A DNA stretch of 62,926 nucleotides, the filler included. It is 7 parts of 7 records of this genome, joined end to end, with 100 filler letters (N's around TTAATTAATTAA, not from the genome) between each part and the next. Parts side by side here need not be neighbours in the genome. Positions count along the whole stretch, not along the records: positions 8,767 to 24,902 come from SRR20825010_2684; positions 25,003 to 29,960 come from SRR20825010_2685; positions 30,061 to 35,897 come from SRR20825010_2687; 4 more parts are not named here. One strand, 5' to 3'. Under the pieces are notes generated by a model. The model was not told the origin of the DNA. It ran no database searches and worked only from the letters and a program-made list of their open reading frames with translations. The position numbers were made by a program, and so were the translations under genes. Of this stretch, positions 20,796 to 31,343 are shown piece after piece; within the stretch, counting starts at the first letter, position 1, and each line of letters begins with the position of its first letter.

Positions 20796-21557
20796 TCAGG
20801 GCTTGGCAGGCGCGGCTGCCACGGCGCCGAAGCGGCGGTCACGGCGATTGAACTCTAAAATGGCGTCTTTCAAACATTCGGGAGAAAAGTCCGGCCAATA
20901 GACGTCACTGAAGACCAGCTCAGCATAGGCACTCTGCCAAAGCAGGAAATTCGACAGGCGCTTTTCGCCGCTGGTGCGGATGATCAGATCGGGATCGGGA
21001 ATTCCGGCTGTATCCAGATGGTCTGCGACCGTTATTTGAGAGATATCTTCAGGATCGAGAAGGCCCTCTTTCACTTCACGCGCAATGCGGCGCACAGCAG
21101 ATGTGATCTCGTTTTGCCCGCCATAGTTAAAGGCGATAATGAGCTTCAGCTTGTCATTGGTGCGGGTGAGCGCTTCGGCCTCTTCAATGAGAGCTACGAT
21201 ATCGGCATCCAGATGCTCACGATCGCCGATGATGCGCACCTGAACACCGTTCTGATGAAGCTCTGCCAAGTCCTTACGGATAAACAGCTTTAAGAGCCCC
21301 ATGAGATCGCTGACCTCGTCTGCCGGACGGTTCCAGTTTTCCGAACTGAAGCCGTAAAGCGTGAGATAGCGGATGCCCATTTCGCCTGCGGCACGGGTGA
21401 TGACGCGCACAGCCTCGACGCCCTGACGATGGCCAAGCTGACGCGGCAGATGCCGACGCGCGGCCCAGCGACGGTTGCCATCCATAATGATGGCAACATG
21501 GCGCGGAACGCCTGCCGCATCCGTCTCGCTTACCGAGGGGTCGGGCCTCCCCATCAT
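20796..21557 (-). CDS. uppS: Undecaprenyl diphosphate synthase
   Basis: '[13 protein letters not shown]', 'FSSENW', '[15 protein letters not shown]'. Confidence 0.97.
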   Translation of the reverse strand: MMGRPDPSVSETDAAGVPRHVAIIMDGNRRWAARRHLPRQLGHRQGVEAVRVITRAAGEMGIRYLTLYGFSSENWNRPADEVSDLMGLLKLFIRKDLAELHQNGVQVRIIGDREHLDADIVALIEEAEALTRTNDKLKLIIAFNYGGQNEITSAVRRIAREVKEGLLDPEDISQITVADHLDTAGIPDPDLIIRTSGEKRLSNFLLWQSAYAELVFSDVYWPDFSPECLKDAILEFNRRDRRFGAVAAAPAKP

Positions 21558-21624
21558 TTTTAGGCTTTCTCTATTCAAAACAAACGCTTAATCGAAACAG
21601 CTTACCTTCAGTTCCAACAGGAAC

Positions 21625-22191
21625 TCAAACCTGCATGATTTCCGCTTCTTTTGTCGATAGCGCAGAGTCGATCTCACCGATCATCCGGTCTGTGAGCTTC
21701 TGAACCTTATCCGCCCAGACCTTCTGATCGTCCTGGCTCATATGGCCGTCTTTTTCGAGGCCTTTGAGCTCATCCATCGCGTCGCGGCGTACGTTGCGCA
21801 CAGCGATACGGGCATGCTCGGTATATTTGGCGGCGATCTTGCTCAGCTCCTTACGGCGCTCCTCATTCAACTCGGGAATGGGCAGGCGCAGCATGGTGCC
21901 GTCGATATTGGGATTGAGTCCGAGGCCGGAGGTACGGATCGCCTTTTCAACGGCGCTTACCATGCCCTTATCCCAAACCTGCACCGTGATGAGGCGGGAT
22001 TCCGGCGCATTGACGGAGGCGACCTGATTGATCGGCATGAGCTGGCCATAGGCATCAACCATGATCGGGTCGAGCAAAGTGGCCGATGCGCGACCTGTGC
22101 GCAGGCCACCAAATTCGTGCTTCAGGGCAGCCAGTGCGCCTTGCATGCGCCGTTCGACGTCGTCGATGTCGATTGTGCGGGGTTCAGCCAT
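21625..22191 (-). CDS. frr: Ribosome recycling factor
   Basis: 'LRTGRA', 'ERRKEL', 'RNVRRD'. Confidence 0.98.
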   Translation of the reverse strand: MAEPRTIDIDDVERRMQGALAALKHEFGGLRTGRASATLLDPIMVDAYGQLMPINQVASVNAPESRLITVQVWDKGMVSAVEKAIRTSGLGLNPNIDGTMLRLPIPELNEERRKELSKIAAKYTEHARIAVRNVRRDAMDELKGLEKDGHMSQDDQKVWADKVQKLTDRMIGEIDSALSTKEAEIMQV

Positions 22192-22234
22192 AGTTTCTAT
22201 CCTTCAGATTAGCTCGGCGAGGTTTTAGCGCAGG

Positions 22235-22963
22235 TCAGTCGGCAGCGGAACCGATGATAGTGCAGCGCCCTTCGCCTGTCAGAACATTGACGAAACCACC
22301 GTCCTCATGGATTGAGAAGACGATGATCGGAATATTGTTTTCGCGCGCCAGCGCGATGGCGGACGTATCCATAACCGCCAGATCGCGGGTCAGTACGTCC
22401 ATATAGGTCAGCCGGTCATAACGGGTCGCATCCTTGACCTTTTTGGGGTCGGCGGAATAGACGCCATCAACCTGCGTACCCTTCAACAGCGCGTCGCAGC
22501 CCATTTCCGTGGCGCGTAATGCCGCTGCCGTGTCCGTGGTGAAGAACGGGTTGCCAGTGCCTGCCGCAAATATGACCACCCGTCCCTTTTCCATGTGTCG
22601 CACGGCTCTGCGGCGAATATATGGCTCTGCGATGGTGGTCATGGGAATGGCGGACAAAACGCGGGTCTGGACGCCCATGCGTTCCAGCGAATTCTGCATG
22701 GCGAGCGCATTCATGACAGTAGCCAGCATCCCCATATAGTCGGCGCTGGCGCGCTCCATGCCCGAGGCCGCGCCTGACAGGCCGCGAAATATATTGCCGC
22801 CGCCGATCACCAGACAGATCTCGCAACCGATGTCAGTTGCCTGCTTGATCTCCGAAGCGATGCGATCGACCGTCTTGACGTCGATACCATATTGCTGGTC
22901 GCCCATCAGGGCTTCGCCAGAAACTTTGAGGAGCGCGCGCTTGTAGAGAGGTTTTCGGGACAT
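22235..22963 (-). CDS. pyrH: UMP kinase
   Basis: 'LLKVSGEAL', 'GGGNIFRG', 'GNPFFTTD'. Confidence 0.98.
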   Translation of the reverse strand: MSRKPLYKRALLKVSGEALMGDQQYGIDVKTVDRIASEIKQATDIGCEICLVIGGGNIFRGLSGAASGMERASADYMGMLATVMNALAMQNSLERMGVQTRVLSAIPMTTIAEPYIRRRAVRHMEKGRVVIFAAGTGNPFFTTDTAAALRATEMGCDALLKGTQVDGVYSADPKKVKDATRYDRLTYMDVLTRDLAVMDTSAIALARENNIPIIVFSIHEDGGFVNVLTGEGRCTIIGSAAD

Positions 22964-23112
22964 GCGTGATGCTCTCCGGTGGACAAATAGAAAACTCGGG
23001 ATCGGCCCGAATCCCCCCGGACCTGCAAGACAATAACGCCCCCGGCGCTGAGATGCGACGGGGGCGCTTTTATTCTTTGTGGAAATGACCCATTTTTCGG
23101 GCCATTCCGGCC

Positions 23113-24039
23113 TTAACCGCGGGCTGTGGCTGCCACTTCGGCGGCGAAGTCCGATTCTTCCTTCTCGATGCCGTCACCGAGCAGGAAGCGAACGAAGCCG
23201 ACAACCGTGATCGGAGCGCCAACAGCGCCTTCGGCTTCCTTGACTGCCTTTTCGACTGTCAGGTCGGGGTTGATCACGAAAGCTTGCGAAAGAAGAACAA
23301 CCTCTTCGTAGAACTTGCGGATACGGCCTTCGACCATCTTCTCAATGATATTGTCGGGACGACCGGATTCCTTGGCTTCGGCGATCAGAACATTGCGCTC
23401 ACGCTCGACCAGCTCGGCATCCACGTCTTCACGGCGAGTGGCAACGGGGCTTGTGGCGGCAATGTGCATGGCGATCTGCTTGCCCAGTTCGGCGAGCTTG
23501 GCCTTGTCGCCTGTCGATTCAAGACCGACAAGCACACCGATCTTGCCGAGGTTCGGCGCAACCTGATTATGCGTATAGGCGGCAACGACACCATCTGTGA
23601 CGCTGATCATGCCGGCGCGACGCACAGTCATGTTTTCACCGATTGTACCGACCTGCTCGGTCACATATTCCTGGACCGTCTTGGACGAACCGGGGAAACC
23701 GGCTGCAAGCAGCTTTTCGATGTCGCCATCGACGGCCAGAGCCGTTGTGGTGATCGAATTGACCATTGTCTGGAAGGCTTCGTTACGGGCCACGAAGTCG
23801 GTTTCGGAGTTCACTTCGACCACGGCGCCACGTGTGCCATCGGCGACGACACCAACGAGACCTTCAGCGGCCACACGGCCGGACTTCTTGGCGGCCTTAG
23901 CAAGACCCTTTGTGCGCAGCCAGTCGATGGCAGCTTCCATGTCGCCACCTGTCTCGGTCAGCGCGGCCTTGCAATCCATCATGCCCACGCCAGTCGTTTC
24001 GCGGAGTTCTTTCACCATGCCGGCGGTGATGTCAGCCAT
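23113..24039 (-). CDS. tsf: Elongation factor Ts
   Basis: '[16 protein letters not shown]', 'EVNSETDFV'. ATG at 24039 with GAGGA upstream. Confidence 0.98.
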   Translation of the reverse strand: MADITAGMVKELRETTGVGMMDCKAALTETGGDMEAAIDWLRTKGLAKAAKKSGRVAAEGLVGVVADGTRGAVVEVNSETDFVARNEAFQTMVNSITTTALAVDGDIEKLLAAGFPGSSKTVQEYVTEQVGTIGENMTVRRAGMISVTDGVVAAYTHNQVAPNLGKIGVLVGLESTGDKAKLAELGKQIAMHIAATSPVATRREDVDAELVERERNVLIAEAKESGRPDNIIEKMVEGRIRKFYEEVVLLSQAFVINPDLTVEKAVKEAEGAVGAPITVVGFVRFLLGDGIEKEESDFAAEVAATARG

Positions 24040-24197
24040 TGGAATATCCTCTAATTCAGAATTTCGCGGGTCAGGTCCGCGCGATGATTTCAACAAATGC
24101 GGATGAAACCCGCATGAATGCCAGTAAGCGAGCGGCCCGATGCGCTTTTGACGGTGCATCGGGCCTATTCGTCTAGCGAAGTCGGTTCGCTGAAGGC

Positions 24198-24902
24198 TTA
24201 GGCCTCGGCAGGAATCTCAACTTCAGGCTCGGCTTCGGCACCGACGTCCACACCGGACGCAATGTGGCTCTGCGAGATGCCGTCGATGACAGCGCGCGAG
24301 ACCAGATCGCAATACATGGTGATGGCGCGGGCCGCGTCGTCATTGCCCGGAACCGGATAGGCAATGCCATCCGGATTCGAGTTGCTGTCGAGAATAGCGA
24401 CAACCGGAATACCCAGCTTGCGCGCTTCTTCGATGGCGATGGTTTCTTTGTTCGTGTCGATCACGAACATGATGTCGGGAATACCGCCCATGTCCTTGAT
24501 ACCGCCGATGGCGCGTTCAAGCTTGTCGCGCTCACGGGTCAGGTTCAGGATTTCTTTTTTCGTCAGGCCGCGGGCTTCACCGGCGAGCATTTCGTCGAGC
24601 GTGCGCAGGCGACGGATCGAGTTCGAAATGGTCTTCCAGTTGGTCAGCGTGCCGCCGAGCCAACGATGGTTGATGTAGTACTGGGCGCACTGGCGGGCAG
24701 CCGCGGCTACAGGCTCGGAAGCCTGACGCTTGGTGCCGACGAAGAGCACACGACCGCCACCGGCAACCGCATCGCGCACAGCAAGGAGTGCCTGGTGCAG
24801 AAGCGGGACCGTCTGGGCGAGGTCGATGATATGGATGTTGTTACGGTCGCCAAAGAGGAAGGGGGCCATCTTCGGGTTCCAGCGGTGAGTCTGGTGACCA
24901 AA
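24198..24902 (-). CDS. rpsB: 30S ribosomal protein S2, 5' truncated
   Basis: '[11 protein letters not shown]', 'LFVGTKRQA', 'RWLGGTLTN', 'PGNDDA'. Confidence 0.98.
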   Translation of the reverse strand, partial: FGHQTHRWNPKMAPFLFGDRNNIHIIDLAQTVPLLHQALLAVRDAVAGGGRVLFVGTKRQASEPVAAAARQCAQYYINHRWLGGTLTNWKTISNSIRRLRTLDEMLAGEARGLTKKEILNLTRERDKLERAIGGIKDMGGIPDIMFVIDTNKETIAIEEARKLGIPVVAILDSNSNPDGIAYPVPGNDDAARAITMYCDLVSRAVIDGISQSHIASGVDVGAEAEPEVEIPAEA

Positions 24903-25002
24903 NNNNNNNNNNNNNNNNNNNNNNNNNNNNNNNNNNNNNNNNNNNNTTAATTAATTAANNNNNNNNNNNNNNNNNNNNNNNNNNNNNNNNNNNNNNNNNN
25001 NN
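24903..25002. other. Artificial contig spacer
   Basis: 44 N + TTAATTAATTAA + 44 N. Confidence 0.99.
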
Positions 25003-25390
25003 TGTCCCAGTTCCCGGCGCGCAGGTCGTTGAACTGGTCGGGCAGACGGCGGTCGCAACAGAGCAACAGCCCCATCGCCAACTCCGCCACAGCCACCGCG
25101 TTCATCCCCGGACAGTTGCAAACCGCAACCCCCTTGGCCGACGCGGCCTCGCAGTCGATGTTGTCGTATCCAGAGCCAGCCCGGATGATCAACCGCAGCG
25201 AATCGCCCGCATCGATCGCCGGCTTGTTGAACTTTGTCGATCTGACAATCACCACGCCCGGGTCGTGCGAGGCCACCGCCCCGGCCAGATCTTCAGCGCG
25301 CAGGCCGGGCTCAGAGACCACCTCGCATCCGAGAGCCGTCAGCGCGTCGATGCCCTCCCGCTCAAACGCATCAGCGATAAGTACCTTCAC
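25003..25390 (-). CDS. D-isomer 2-hydroxyacid dehydrogenase (SerA-like), 3' truncated
   Basis: 'KVLIAD', 'IVRST', 'RAGSGYDNID', 'NCPGMNAVAVAEL'. Confidence 0.88.
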
Positions 25391-25567
25391 GTGCGGCCCC
25401 TTCGTTCAAGCCCCGGAGACGACTGCCCGACGGAGAGCCGGCTCCCGAGTCCCGCAAAACGATAGGGTCGGTGCCGGAGGCCCCGCAAGCCGACCGCTTC
25501 GTCCATTTCGCCTGCCGGACGCCGCCCAGAGCACCGGGAGAAGCCCCTCAGGACCGAACCGACCCGA

Positions 25568-26632
25568 TCAGGGCTGGCCGGTGTTGATCGGCTCGCCGCC
25601 AAAGTCGATGCCCTGGAGCCCGCCGCGGGTGAAGTTGTACCGGGCCGCGAGCGCGTCTCCGCCCGGGTCACGCGGCGGCACATACCACGCGTCGTTCGGA
25701 TTGGGGTCGTAGTCGATGAGGTAGTCGGCCTTGCTCGGATTCCTGGGCGTCCAGCCGAGGTTCGCATCGATCGTACGGGACACGTTGCCCGAGCCGTCGA
25801 ACATCAGCAGGGGCTCGCGGGCCTCCGGATCGAGGAAGTAGTACTGACTGCGTCCGTAGTGGCGGGCGAACTCGTCGTACATGTGCACCTTGCCCGAGGG
25901 GAACTGCACATCACCGATTTTGAGGTTGCCCAGATCGGCATTGCCGGGGATCGAGTAGCTGTTGAACCGGCGGTTGAAGTGCTGGATCCGCCTCGCGGCG
26001 TTCCCGCCACCGAGGAGCTTGATCGAACTGCTCTGGTACCGGTCGTACGAGGCGACGACCGGACGGTACGACGAGCTGTACGGCCAGCGCTTGTTGGTCG
26101 AGGTCGGGTCCGGCTGGAACGGCTCCCACACGCCGTTGTCGAAGTTGTTCCTCGGGTCGTCCTGCCAGTTCAGCCGCGGCTTGTCTTCCGGGCAGGCGAC
26201 CATCTTCTCCGGCACCCGCTGAGCCAGGTAGTCGTTGACGACCAGGTGCGTGTAGTACACGTGCGGGATCCACGAGTTGATCTTGGGGATGTCCTCGCGG
26301 CTGCCGCGCCGACGGAGGATATCGACAGCCTGCGCTGCGGCGGCTTCTGTCGCGTTGCCGTACGGCCCGTCGAGATCGTCGTAGTCGGTCTGCCCCACGG
26401 TGCTGACCGACCACGTGAACGCGAAAATGCGGTCCTCGAAGTGGGCTGAGTACGTGCCGGCCGCGGTACCGAACTGGCGGATGTTGGATTGGCACACCGT
26501 GAGCTTGCCCGACCGTCGGGCCTCGCCCAACGCCGGCAGCAGGATGCCGATCAGGAGTGCGATGATCGCGATGACCACCAACAACTCAATCAATGTGAAT
26601 GCGCCGACCCGACGGGTTGATGTGTGCAGCAT
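25568..26632 (-). CDS. Planctomycete-type prepilin N-terminal cleavage/methylation protein (DUF1559-like)
   Basis: 'A|FTLIELLVVIAIIALLIGILLPAL...AR...CQSNIRQ', 'CPED', C-terminal 'RH...FDGS'. AGGAG precedes ATG 26632. Confidence 0.88.
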   Translation of the reverse strand: MLHTSTRRVGAFTLIELLVVIAIIALLIGILLPALGEARRSGKLTVCQSNIRQFGTAAGTYSAHFEDRIFAFTWSVSTVGQTDYDDLDGPYGNATEAAAAQAVDILRRRGSREDIPKINSWIPHVYYTHLVVNDYLAQRVPEKMVACPEDKPRLNWQDDPRNNFDNGVWEPFQPDPTSTNKRWPYSSSYRPVVASYDRYQSSSIKLLGGGNAARRIQHFNRRFNSYSIPGNADLGNLKIGDVQFPSGKVHMYDEFARHYGRSQYYFLDPEAREPLLMFDGSGNVSRTIDANLGWTPRNPSKADYLIDYDPNPNDAWYVPPRDPGGDALAARYNFTRGGLQGIDFGGEPINTGQP

Positions 26633-26728
26633 GTCGATGATCTCCTGATGCCCGCAGCAGAACGCCGCCAGCAAGCTCTGGAACCTGACATCGGCAGAAT
26701 ACCACAATTCACGCGAACCGCCAAGCGG

Positions 26729-27772
26729 TCAGCGGAGACCCCGCAAACGCGACAGCGTCCGGATCCGGGCTCCGGCCACCCCGTCCTCCCCCGGCTCTTC
26801 CCCAGTCCCGGGCTCGACCGCCGGACCTCCGGCCTCCCCCTCATCCGTCGATGCAAGCCCGGGCGGCGCGGCATCGTCGTCCGGGCCGGGCGGCAACAGG
26901 TCCGCTTCACCGACCGCCGCCTGAGGCCTGTTCACTTCGTCGCTCAGACCCGGGGCGACATCCGCCCGGTCGGAATCGGTTGATGCCTGGCGTGCGGAGA
27001 GCCACTGTCCCACCGGCCCCGATCCCAGATCGAGTTGCAGGAAGACCGCGTAGCCGCCGAGCCCCGCCAGCGTGATCAACGCCAACGCGGACCAGACCGC
27101 CGTCCACCGCTTCGATCGACGCAGGTCCCGGCGAAGCCGGAGCTCACGCAGCCCCTCGTCTCCGAGATCGTCCGCCGCCGCTTCCTGCGTTGGCGACGAC
27201 ACTCGGCCGGTCGCATCGGTATCGGAGGGTGATCCGGCATCCGGTGCGAGCGCCGCCGCTGGCGCGGCCGCCACACCCGCCCGCCTCACCTCCGAGGGCA
27301 CCGACCGTCCGGGAAGCGGCCGCACGTCACCGAGCCCCAGGGCCTGACGGTCTTCCAATCGCTCGAACGCTGCGCCGCAGGAGGAGCATTCCGTGCTCTC
27401 CGGATCGACCTTTGCCTGGCAACTGTGGCAGAGCCCCAGCCGGTGCGCCACTCCCGGGCACCACCGCGCCAGCATCCAGAACTGTCTGGTGGTCGGCCCG
27501 CGCACGGCCGTGTCGGCCCGAACCGTTCCCCGGTCGATCAGATGCAGCAGCGTGGCGTAGTTGCAGCCGGGCCGGAACGGCTGCGACTCGATCCGCACAA
27601 ACCACGGCCCCATCGCGTTCTGAGTGGCCTGCCGCGACAACGGATCAAACCGCCCGCCGCAACTCTCACACGCCGCGAGACTCCGGCTCCGCGCACCGCA
27701 ATAGGGACAGATCGTTAGCCTCGGCTGAGGCGTGGGCGGGACCGGAGATGACGGAGATGGCGTCGTGTTCAT
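26729..27772 (-). CDS. Hypothetical membrane protein with two zinc-ribbon pairs
   Basis: CPYC-x9-CESC and CHSC-x10-CSSC, one TM helix, acidic low-complexity tail. Confidence 0.7.
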   Translation of the reverse strand: MNTTPSPSSPVPPTPQPRLTICPYCGARSRSLAACESCGGRFDPLSRQATQNAMGPWFVRIESQPFRPGCNYATLLHLIDRGTVRADTAVRGPTTRQFWMLARWCPGVAHRLGLCHSCQAKVDPESTECSSCGAAFERLEDRQALGLGDVRPLPGRSVPSEVRRAGVAAAPAAALAPDAGSPSDTDATGRVSSPTQEAAADDLGDEGLRELRLRRDLRRSKRWTAVWSALALITLAGLGGYAVFLQLDLGSGPVGQWLSARQASTDSDRADVAPGLSDEVNRPQAAVGEADLLPPGPDDDAAPPGLASTDEGEAGGPAVEPGTGEEPGEDGVAGARIRTLSRLRGLR

Positions 27773-27855
27773 GGCTGCCTGGAGGCTTGGGTACACCATA
27801 CCAGCCCGTGGCGGCGGCGGTTGACCGGCTCGGCCTCATCGGCTTGGATGCTGGT

Positions 27856-28863
27856 ATGAATCCCCACACCACCGCCGGCGGCCGCAGCCTCCTCATCGGT
27901 CTTTTACTCGTTACGGGTTGCAGCAACGGCGGTTCCACCTCGACAAACGCCTTCGATGGGCTCGACCGGGCAGACCGCTACGCGTCGGATGGCGGCCGGG
28001 TGATCCCCAAGGCCGGTGCCCCGCTCTCGATCGACGGCCAGGCGGTGGAGTGGTCGACCGTGAGCGACCGGCTCGCCGAGGCCGCCGGCGCCGTGGTCGT
28101 TGAGGAGGTCGCGCTCGATCGCGTCATCGAACGCGAGGCCGCTGCCCGCGGCATCCAGATCACACAGGCCGACCTCGACCGCGAACGCCGGTGGGTCGCG
28201 CGCGCAGTCGACCAAGGGGCCCGCAGTTCGGGGACCGATCCCGCGGTCCTCGTCAGGGAGATCCGGCAACGCCGCGGCCTCGGCCCGGAGCGCTTCGCCG
28301 CACTCCTCCGCCGCAACGCCGCGCTCCGCGCCATGGTCCGGGGCACCGTCGAGGTCAGCGCCGAGCAGGTCGAGCGCGCATGGCGCACCCAGCACGGCGA
28401 GCGGGTCCGGATCCGCATCATCCTCACGCCCTCGATGACCGATGCGCAGAATCTGCGTTCGCAAGCTCTCGCCGCCGGAAGCGACGAGTACACCTTCGCC
28501 AAACTCGCCGAAACCAACTCCACAGACAACTCCGCCCCGCTCGGCGGGCTCATCGAGCCCTTCAGCACCGAAGACCCCGCCTACGAAGAGACCGTCCGTC
28601 GCGTCGCGGCCGGCCTGCAGCCCGGACAGATCGGCCCCGTCGTCGCGACCCGTAACGGGCACGCCGTGATTCTCCTGACCGACCGCATCCCGCCCGACGG
28701 CGTCACGCTCGAAGAGTCTCGGGAGCGACTGCGTGAACAGATCACGCTCCGCCAGGAACGGATCAGCATGGACCAACTGGCCAACCAACTGCTCAGGTCC
28801 GCCCACGTCAGGGTGTTCGACCCCGCGCTGTCCTGGTCGGTCGAGGCGGGCCGTGGAGACTGA
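27856..28863 (+). CDS. PpiC/parvulin-type peptidyl-prolyl isomerase lipoprotein (PrsA-like)
   Basis: Lipobox 'LVTG|C', 'FAKLAETNSTD.SAPLGG', 'LQPGQIGPVVATRNGHAVI'. Confidence 0.82.
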   Translation: MNPHTTAGGRSLLIGLLLVTGCSNGGSTSTNAFDGLDRADRYASDGGRVIPKAGAPLSIDGQAVEWSTVSDRLAEAAGAVVVEEVALDRVIEREAAARGIQITQADLDRERRWVARAVDQGARSSGTDPAVLVREIRQRRGLGPERFAALLRRNAALRAMVRGTVEVSAEQVERAWRTQHGERVRIRIILTPSMTDAQNLRSQALAAGSDEYTFAKLAETNSTDNSAPLGGLIEPFSTEDPAYEETVRRVAAGLQPGQIGPVVATRNGHAVILLTDRIPPDGVTLEESRERLREQITLRQERISMDQLANQLLRSAHVRVFDPALSWSVEAGRGD

Positions 28864-29761
28864 ACCCCGCCAACACCATGGCCCTGTCACCCGCGTGCTG
28901 GCGACCGCGGGCCACCTGGCGATCTGGGTCGGCCTCTATTTCGCCGCGGCGTACGCCAGCGCGGCGATTCTCCTGGGCCGCGCCGTCCAACTCGACCCGC
29001 TCGGCGCGGCGTTCTGTGCGGGCGTCGGGCTCTATCTGCTCGACCGTCTGAAACTCCGCGACGACCTGCTCGATCCCGCCGACCTCGCGGCAGACGAGCG
29101 GCGGCACAGGTTCCTGCGCGCGCGCCGCCGCTTCCTCCGCACGCTCGCCTGGGTCATGCTCGGCATCGGGACCATCCTCGTTGTCGCGATCCACCCGGCC
29201 AACGCATTGCTGCCGCCGATCGGCGTGCTCGGCGTGCTGGCCTACAGCCGCCCCCGAAAGTCCCGCCGCCGGCCCAAGGACCTGCTCGTCCTGAAGAACC
29301 TCATGCCGGGGTGCGCGATCGCGGGGCTGGGCGTGATTCTCGCGGTGCAATCTCCCGTGCACGCATCCCGCCTCTTCGGCACCCCTGTGGGAGCCGAGGC
29401 GTTCACGTTCGCCCTCGCGGTGTGCGTGGCACTGGCGCTGCTGGTGGCCGCCGACGCCATGCTTTGCGACCTCGACGATGTCCCGACAGACCGGCACGCG
29501 AAGACATCGACGCTCCCGGTGTGGCGTGGTGCAACGGCGACGTGGCGGATCGCGCTGCTGGCCCACGCGCTCGCGGGCCTTCTCGCAATCGGGGTGGGCT
29601 GGAGGCACGGTCTTGTGCTGGGCACGACCGTCTGGGCTCTGGCCAACCTCGGCCTGACCACGCTCCTGCGCCTGGCGCGGCCGGGGCAGGTGCGCGACCT
29701 GATCGACCTGCGGCTTCCCGCAGCGACGCTGCTGGTGTATCTCCTTGAGCACCTTGCCTAA
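28853..29761 (+). CDS. UbiA prenyltransferase-like membrane protein
   Basis: Multiple TM helices with Asp-rich motifs 'YLLDRLK..D..D' and 'DAMLCDLDDVPTD...TLP'. The GTG start overlapping the upstream gene is inferred. Confidence 0.7.
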   Translation: METEPRQHHGPVTRVLATAGHLAIWVGLYFAAAYASAAILLGRAVQLDPLGAAFCAGVGLYLLDRLKLRDDLLDPADLAADERRHRFLRARRRFLRTLAWVMLGIGTILVVAIHPANALLPPIGVLGVLAYSRPRKSRRRPKDLLVLKNLMPGCAIAGLGVILAVQSPVHASRLFGTPVGAEAFTFALAVCVALALLVAADAMLCDLDDVPTDRHAKTSTLPVWRGATATWRIALLAHALAGLLAIGVGWRHGLVLGTTVWALANLGLTTLLRLARPGQVRDLIDLRLPAATLLVYLLEHLA

Positions 29762-29780
29762 GCGGCCGCGGCTGAGCCGG

Positions 29781-29828
29781 CTTGCCTGACCTGCCCAGCC
29801 TGCCCAGCCTGCCCGGCCTGCCCGGCCT
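29781..29828. repeat. 9-bp tandem repeat (CCTGCCC[A/G]G), about 5 copies
   Basis: cttgcctga cctgcccag cctgcccag cctgcccgg cctgcccgg cct, between convergent genes. Confidence 0.85.
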
Positions 29829-29960
29829 TACCGCGCGTACTCGATCGCTCGGGTCTCGCGGAGCACGGTGACCTTGATCTCTCCCGGGAACGTCATCTCG
29901 TCGGCCACCCGCTTGGCGATGTCGTGGGCGATCAGGAAGGCCTCGTCGTCGCTCAGCCGG
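29828..29960 (-). CDS. rny: Ribonuclease Y, C-terminal fragment
   Basis: Manual translation RLSDDEAFLIAHDIAKRVADEMTFPGEIKVTVLRETRAIEYAR* matches the conserved RNase Y C-terminus. Confidence 0.92.
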
Positions 29961-30060
29961 NNNNNNNNNNNNNNNNNNNNNNNNNNNNNNNNNNNNNNNN
30001 NNNNTTAATTAATTAANNNNNNNNNNNNNNNNNNNNNNNNNNNNNNNNNNNNNNNNNNNN
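29961..30060. other. Artificial contig spacer
   Basis: 44 N + TTAATTAATTAA + 44 N. Confidence 0.99.
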
Positions 30061-30087
30061 GTTGCCTGTCTCGGGATTGTTTTGGTC

Positions 30088-30339
30088 TCAAGTCTCGTCG
30101 AGCGGCTCGCTGCCGACGGCTTGTCCCTCACGTGACAGGCGGATCTTTTCCACCTTGTCTTCTGCGGCCTTCAGGAGCTGGTCACAGTGCTTTTTCAGCG
30201 CCTCGCCCCGCTCGTAGATTTTGATCGACTGATCGAGGGGCACATCGCCGCGCTCGAGATCCTCAACGATCTTCTCCAGCGCCTCAAGTGCCTGCTCGAA
30301 GCTCATGCTCTTGATGTCGTTGTTGGCTTCTTCGGCCAT
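30088..30339 (-). CDS. xseB: Exodeoxyribonuclease VII small subunit
   Basis: '[33 protein letters not shown]'. Confidence 0.96.
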   Translation of the reverse strand: MAEEANNDIKSMSFEQALEALEKIVEDLERGDVPLDQSIKIYERGEALKKHCDQLLKAAEDKVEKIRLSREGQAVGSEPLDET

Positions 30340-30342
30340 CTC

Positions 30343-31269
30343 TCACCCCTTCAACAAACGGCCGACATGCGCAGCGACCGACACGGAAAGTCCCTGCAGG
30401 TCGTACCCACCTTCAAGCAGGCTGACAAGGCGCCCCTGTGACAAACGGTCGGCCCGTTCCATCAGCATGCCGGTCGCCCAGTCAAAATCCCCGGCTTCCA
30501 GATTCAGTTCCGCCAACGGATCGCGCCGGTGTGCGTCGAAACCGGCAGAAATGATGATCAGGTCCGGCGAAAACCGGTCGATCGCAGGTAATACCTTTTT
30601 GTCGAACGCCTCGCGAAACGCCGCAGAACCCGATCCGGCAGGCAGGGGCGCGTTGACGATGTTGCCGGCACCCGTCTCATGGGCTGCGCCCGTGCCCGGA
30701 TAAAGCGGCATCTGATGCGTGGAGCAATAGAGTACGCTCGGATCATCCCAGAAAATGTCCTGCGTGCCATTGCCGTGATGCACGTCCCAGTCAACGATGG
30801 CGACGCGTTCTGCACCGTGTTTCTTCTGCGCGTGGCGAGCCGCGATGGCGGCATTGTTGAATAGACAAAACCCCATGGCACGGTTTTTCTCGGCATGATG
30901 TCCAGGCGGACGCCCCGCCACAAAGACATTGCCGGCCTCACCGGAAAACACATCATTCACACCGGCCAGAGCGCCGCCAATGGCCGTCAGGGCGGCCTCA
31001 AGGCTCTTCGGGCTCACGGTCGTGTCATCGTCAATCACGGCCAGGCCCTCTTCCGGAATGCTGGCTTTTACCCTTTCGAGATGCTCGGCCGGATGTGCCT
31101 GCAACACCGTCTCCTCATCGGCCAGCGGCGCTTCCAGCCGCTCGAGATAGGCGAATGGCTCGTCGTCCAGCCGGTCGACAATCGCCCGCAGGCGATCCGG
31201 CCGCTCGGGATGGCCGGGCGGCGTGAGGTGCTCACGACAGATCGGGTGTGTGTAAAAGCGGGTTTTCAT
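30343..31269 (-). CDS. Histone deacetylase family protein
   Basis: 'HPERPDRL', 'RPPGHHA', 'GFCLFNN', 'DWDVHHGNGTQ', 'SAGFDAH', 'LEGGY'. Confidence 0.96.
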   Translation of the reverse strand: MKTRFYTHPICREHLTPPGHPERPDRLRAIVDRLDDEPFAYLERLEAPLADEETVLQAHPAEHLERVKASIPEEGLAVIDDDTTVSPKSLEAALTAIGGALAGVNDVFSGEAGNVFVAGRPPGHHAEKNRAMGFCLFNNAAIAARHAQKKHGAERVAIVDWDVHHGNGTQDIFWDDPSVLYCSTHQMPLYPGTGAAHETGAGNIVNAPLPAGSGSAAFREAFDKKVLPAIDRFSPDLIIISAGFDAHRRDPLAELNLEAGDFDWATGMLMERADRLSQGRLVSLLEGGYDLQGLSVSVAAHVGRLLKG

Positions 31270-31343
31270 CCGGCAAGTGTAGTGGCCAAACCATGGCTTG
31301 GCCATGACGGGTTTCCGGGCTTTGCCCGCATGTCAACAGGCTT

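Noticed and set aside
24040-24197. Several hairpins between rpsB and tsf as a novel ncRNA
   Set aside because: The stems are real (e.g. 24134-24165), but structured rpsB-tsf spacers are ordinary and I see no independent promoter or ncRNA family signature.
27190-27855. 222-aa N-terminal extension of the PPIase ORF
   Set aside because: It overlaps the opposite-strand zinc-ribbon gene, and the lipoprotein signal begins at ATG 27856.
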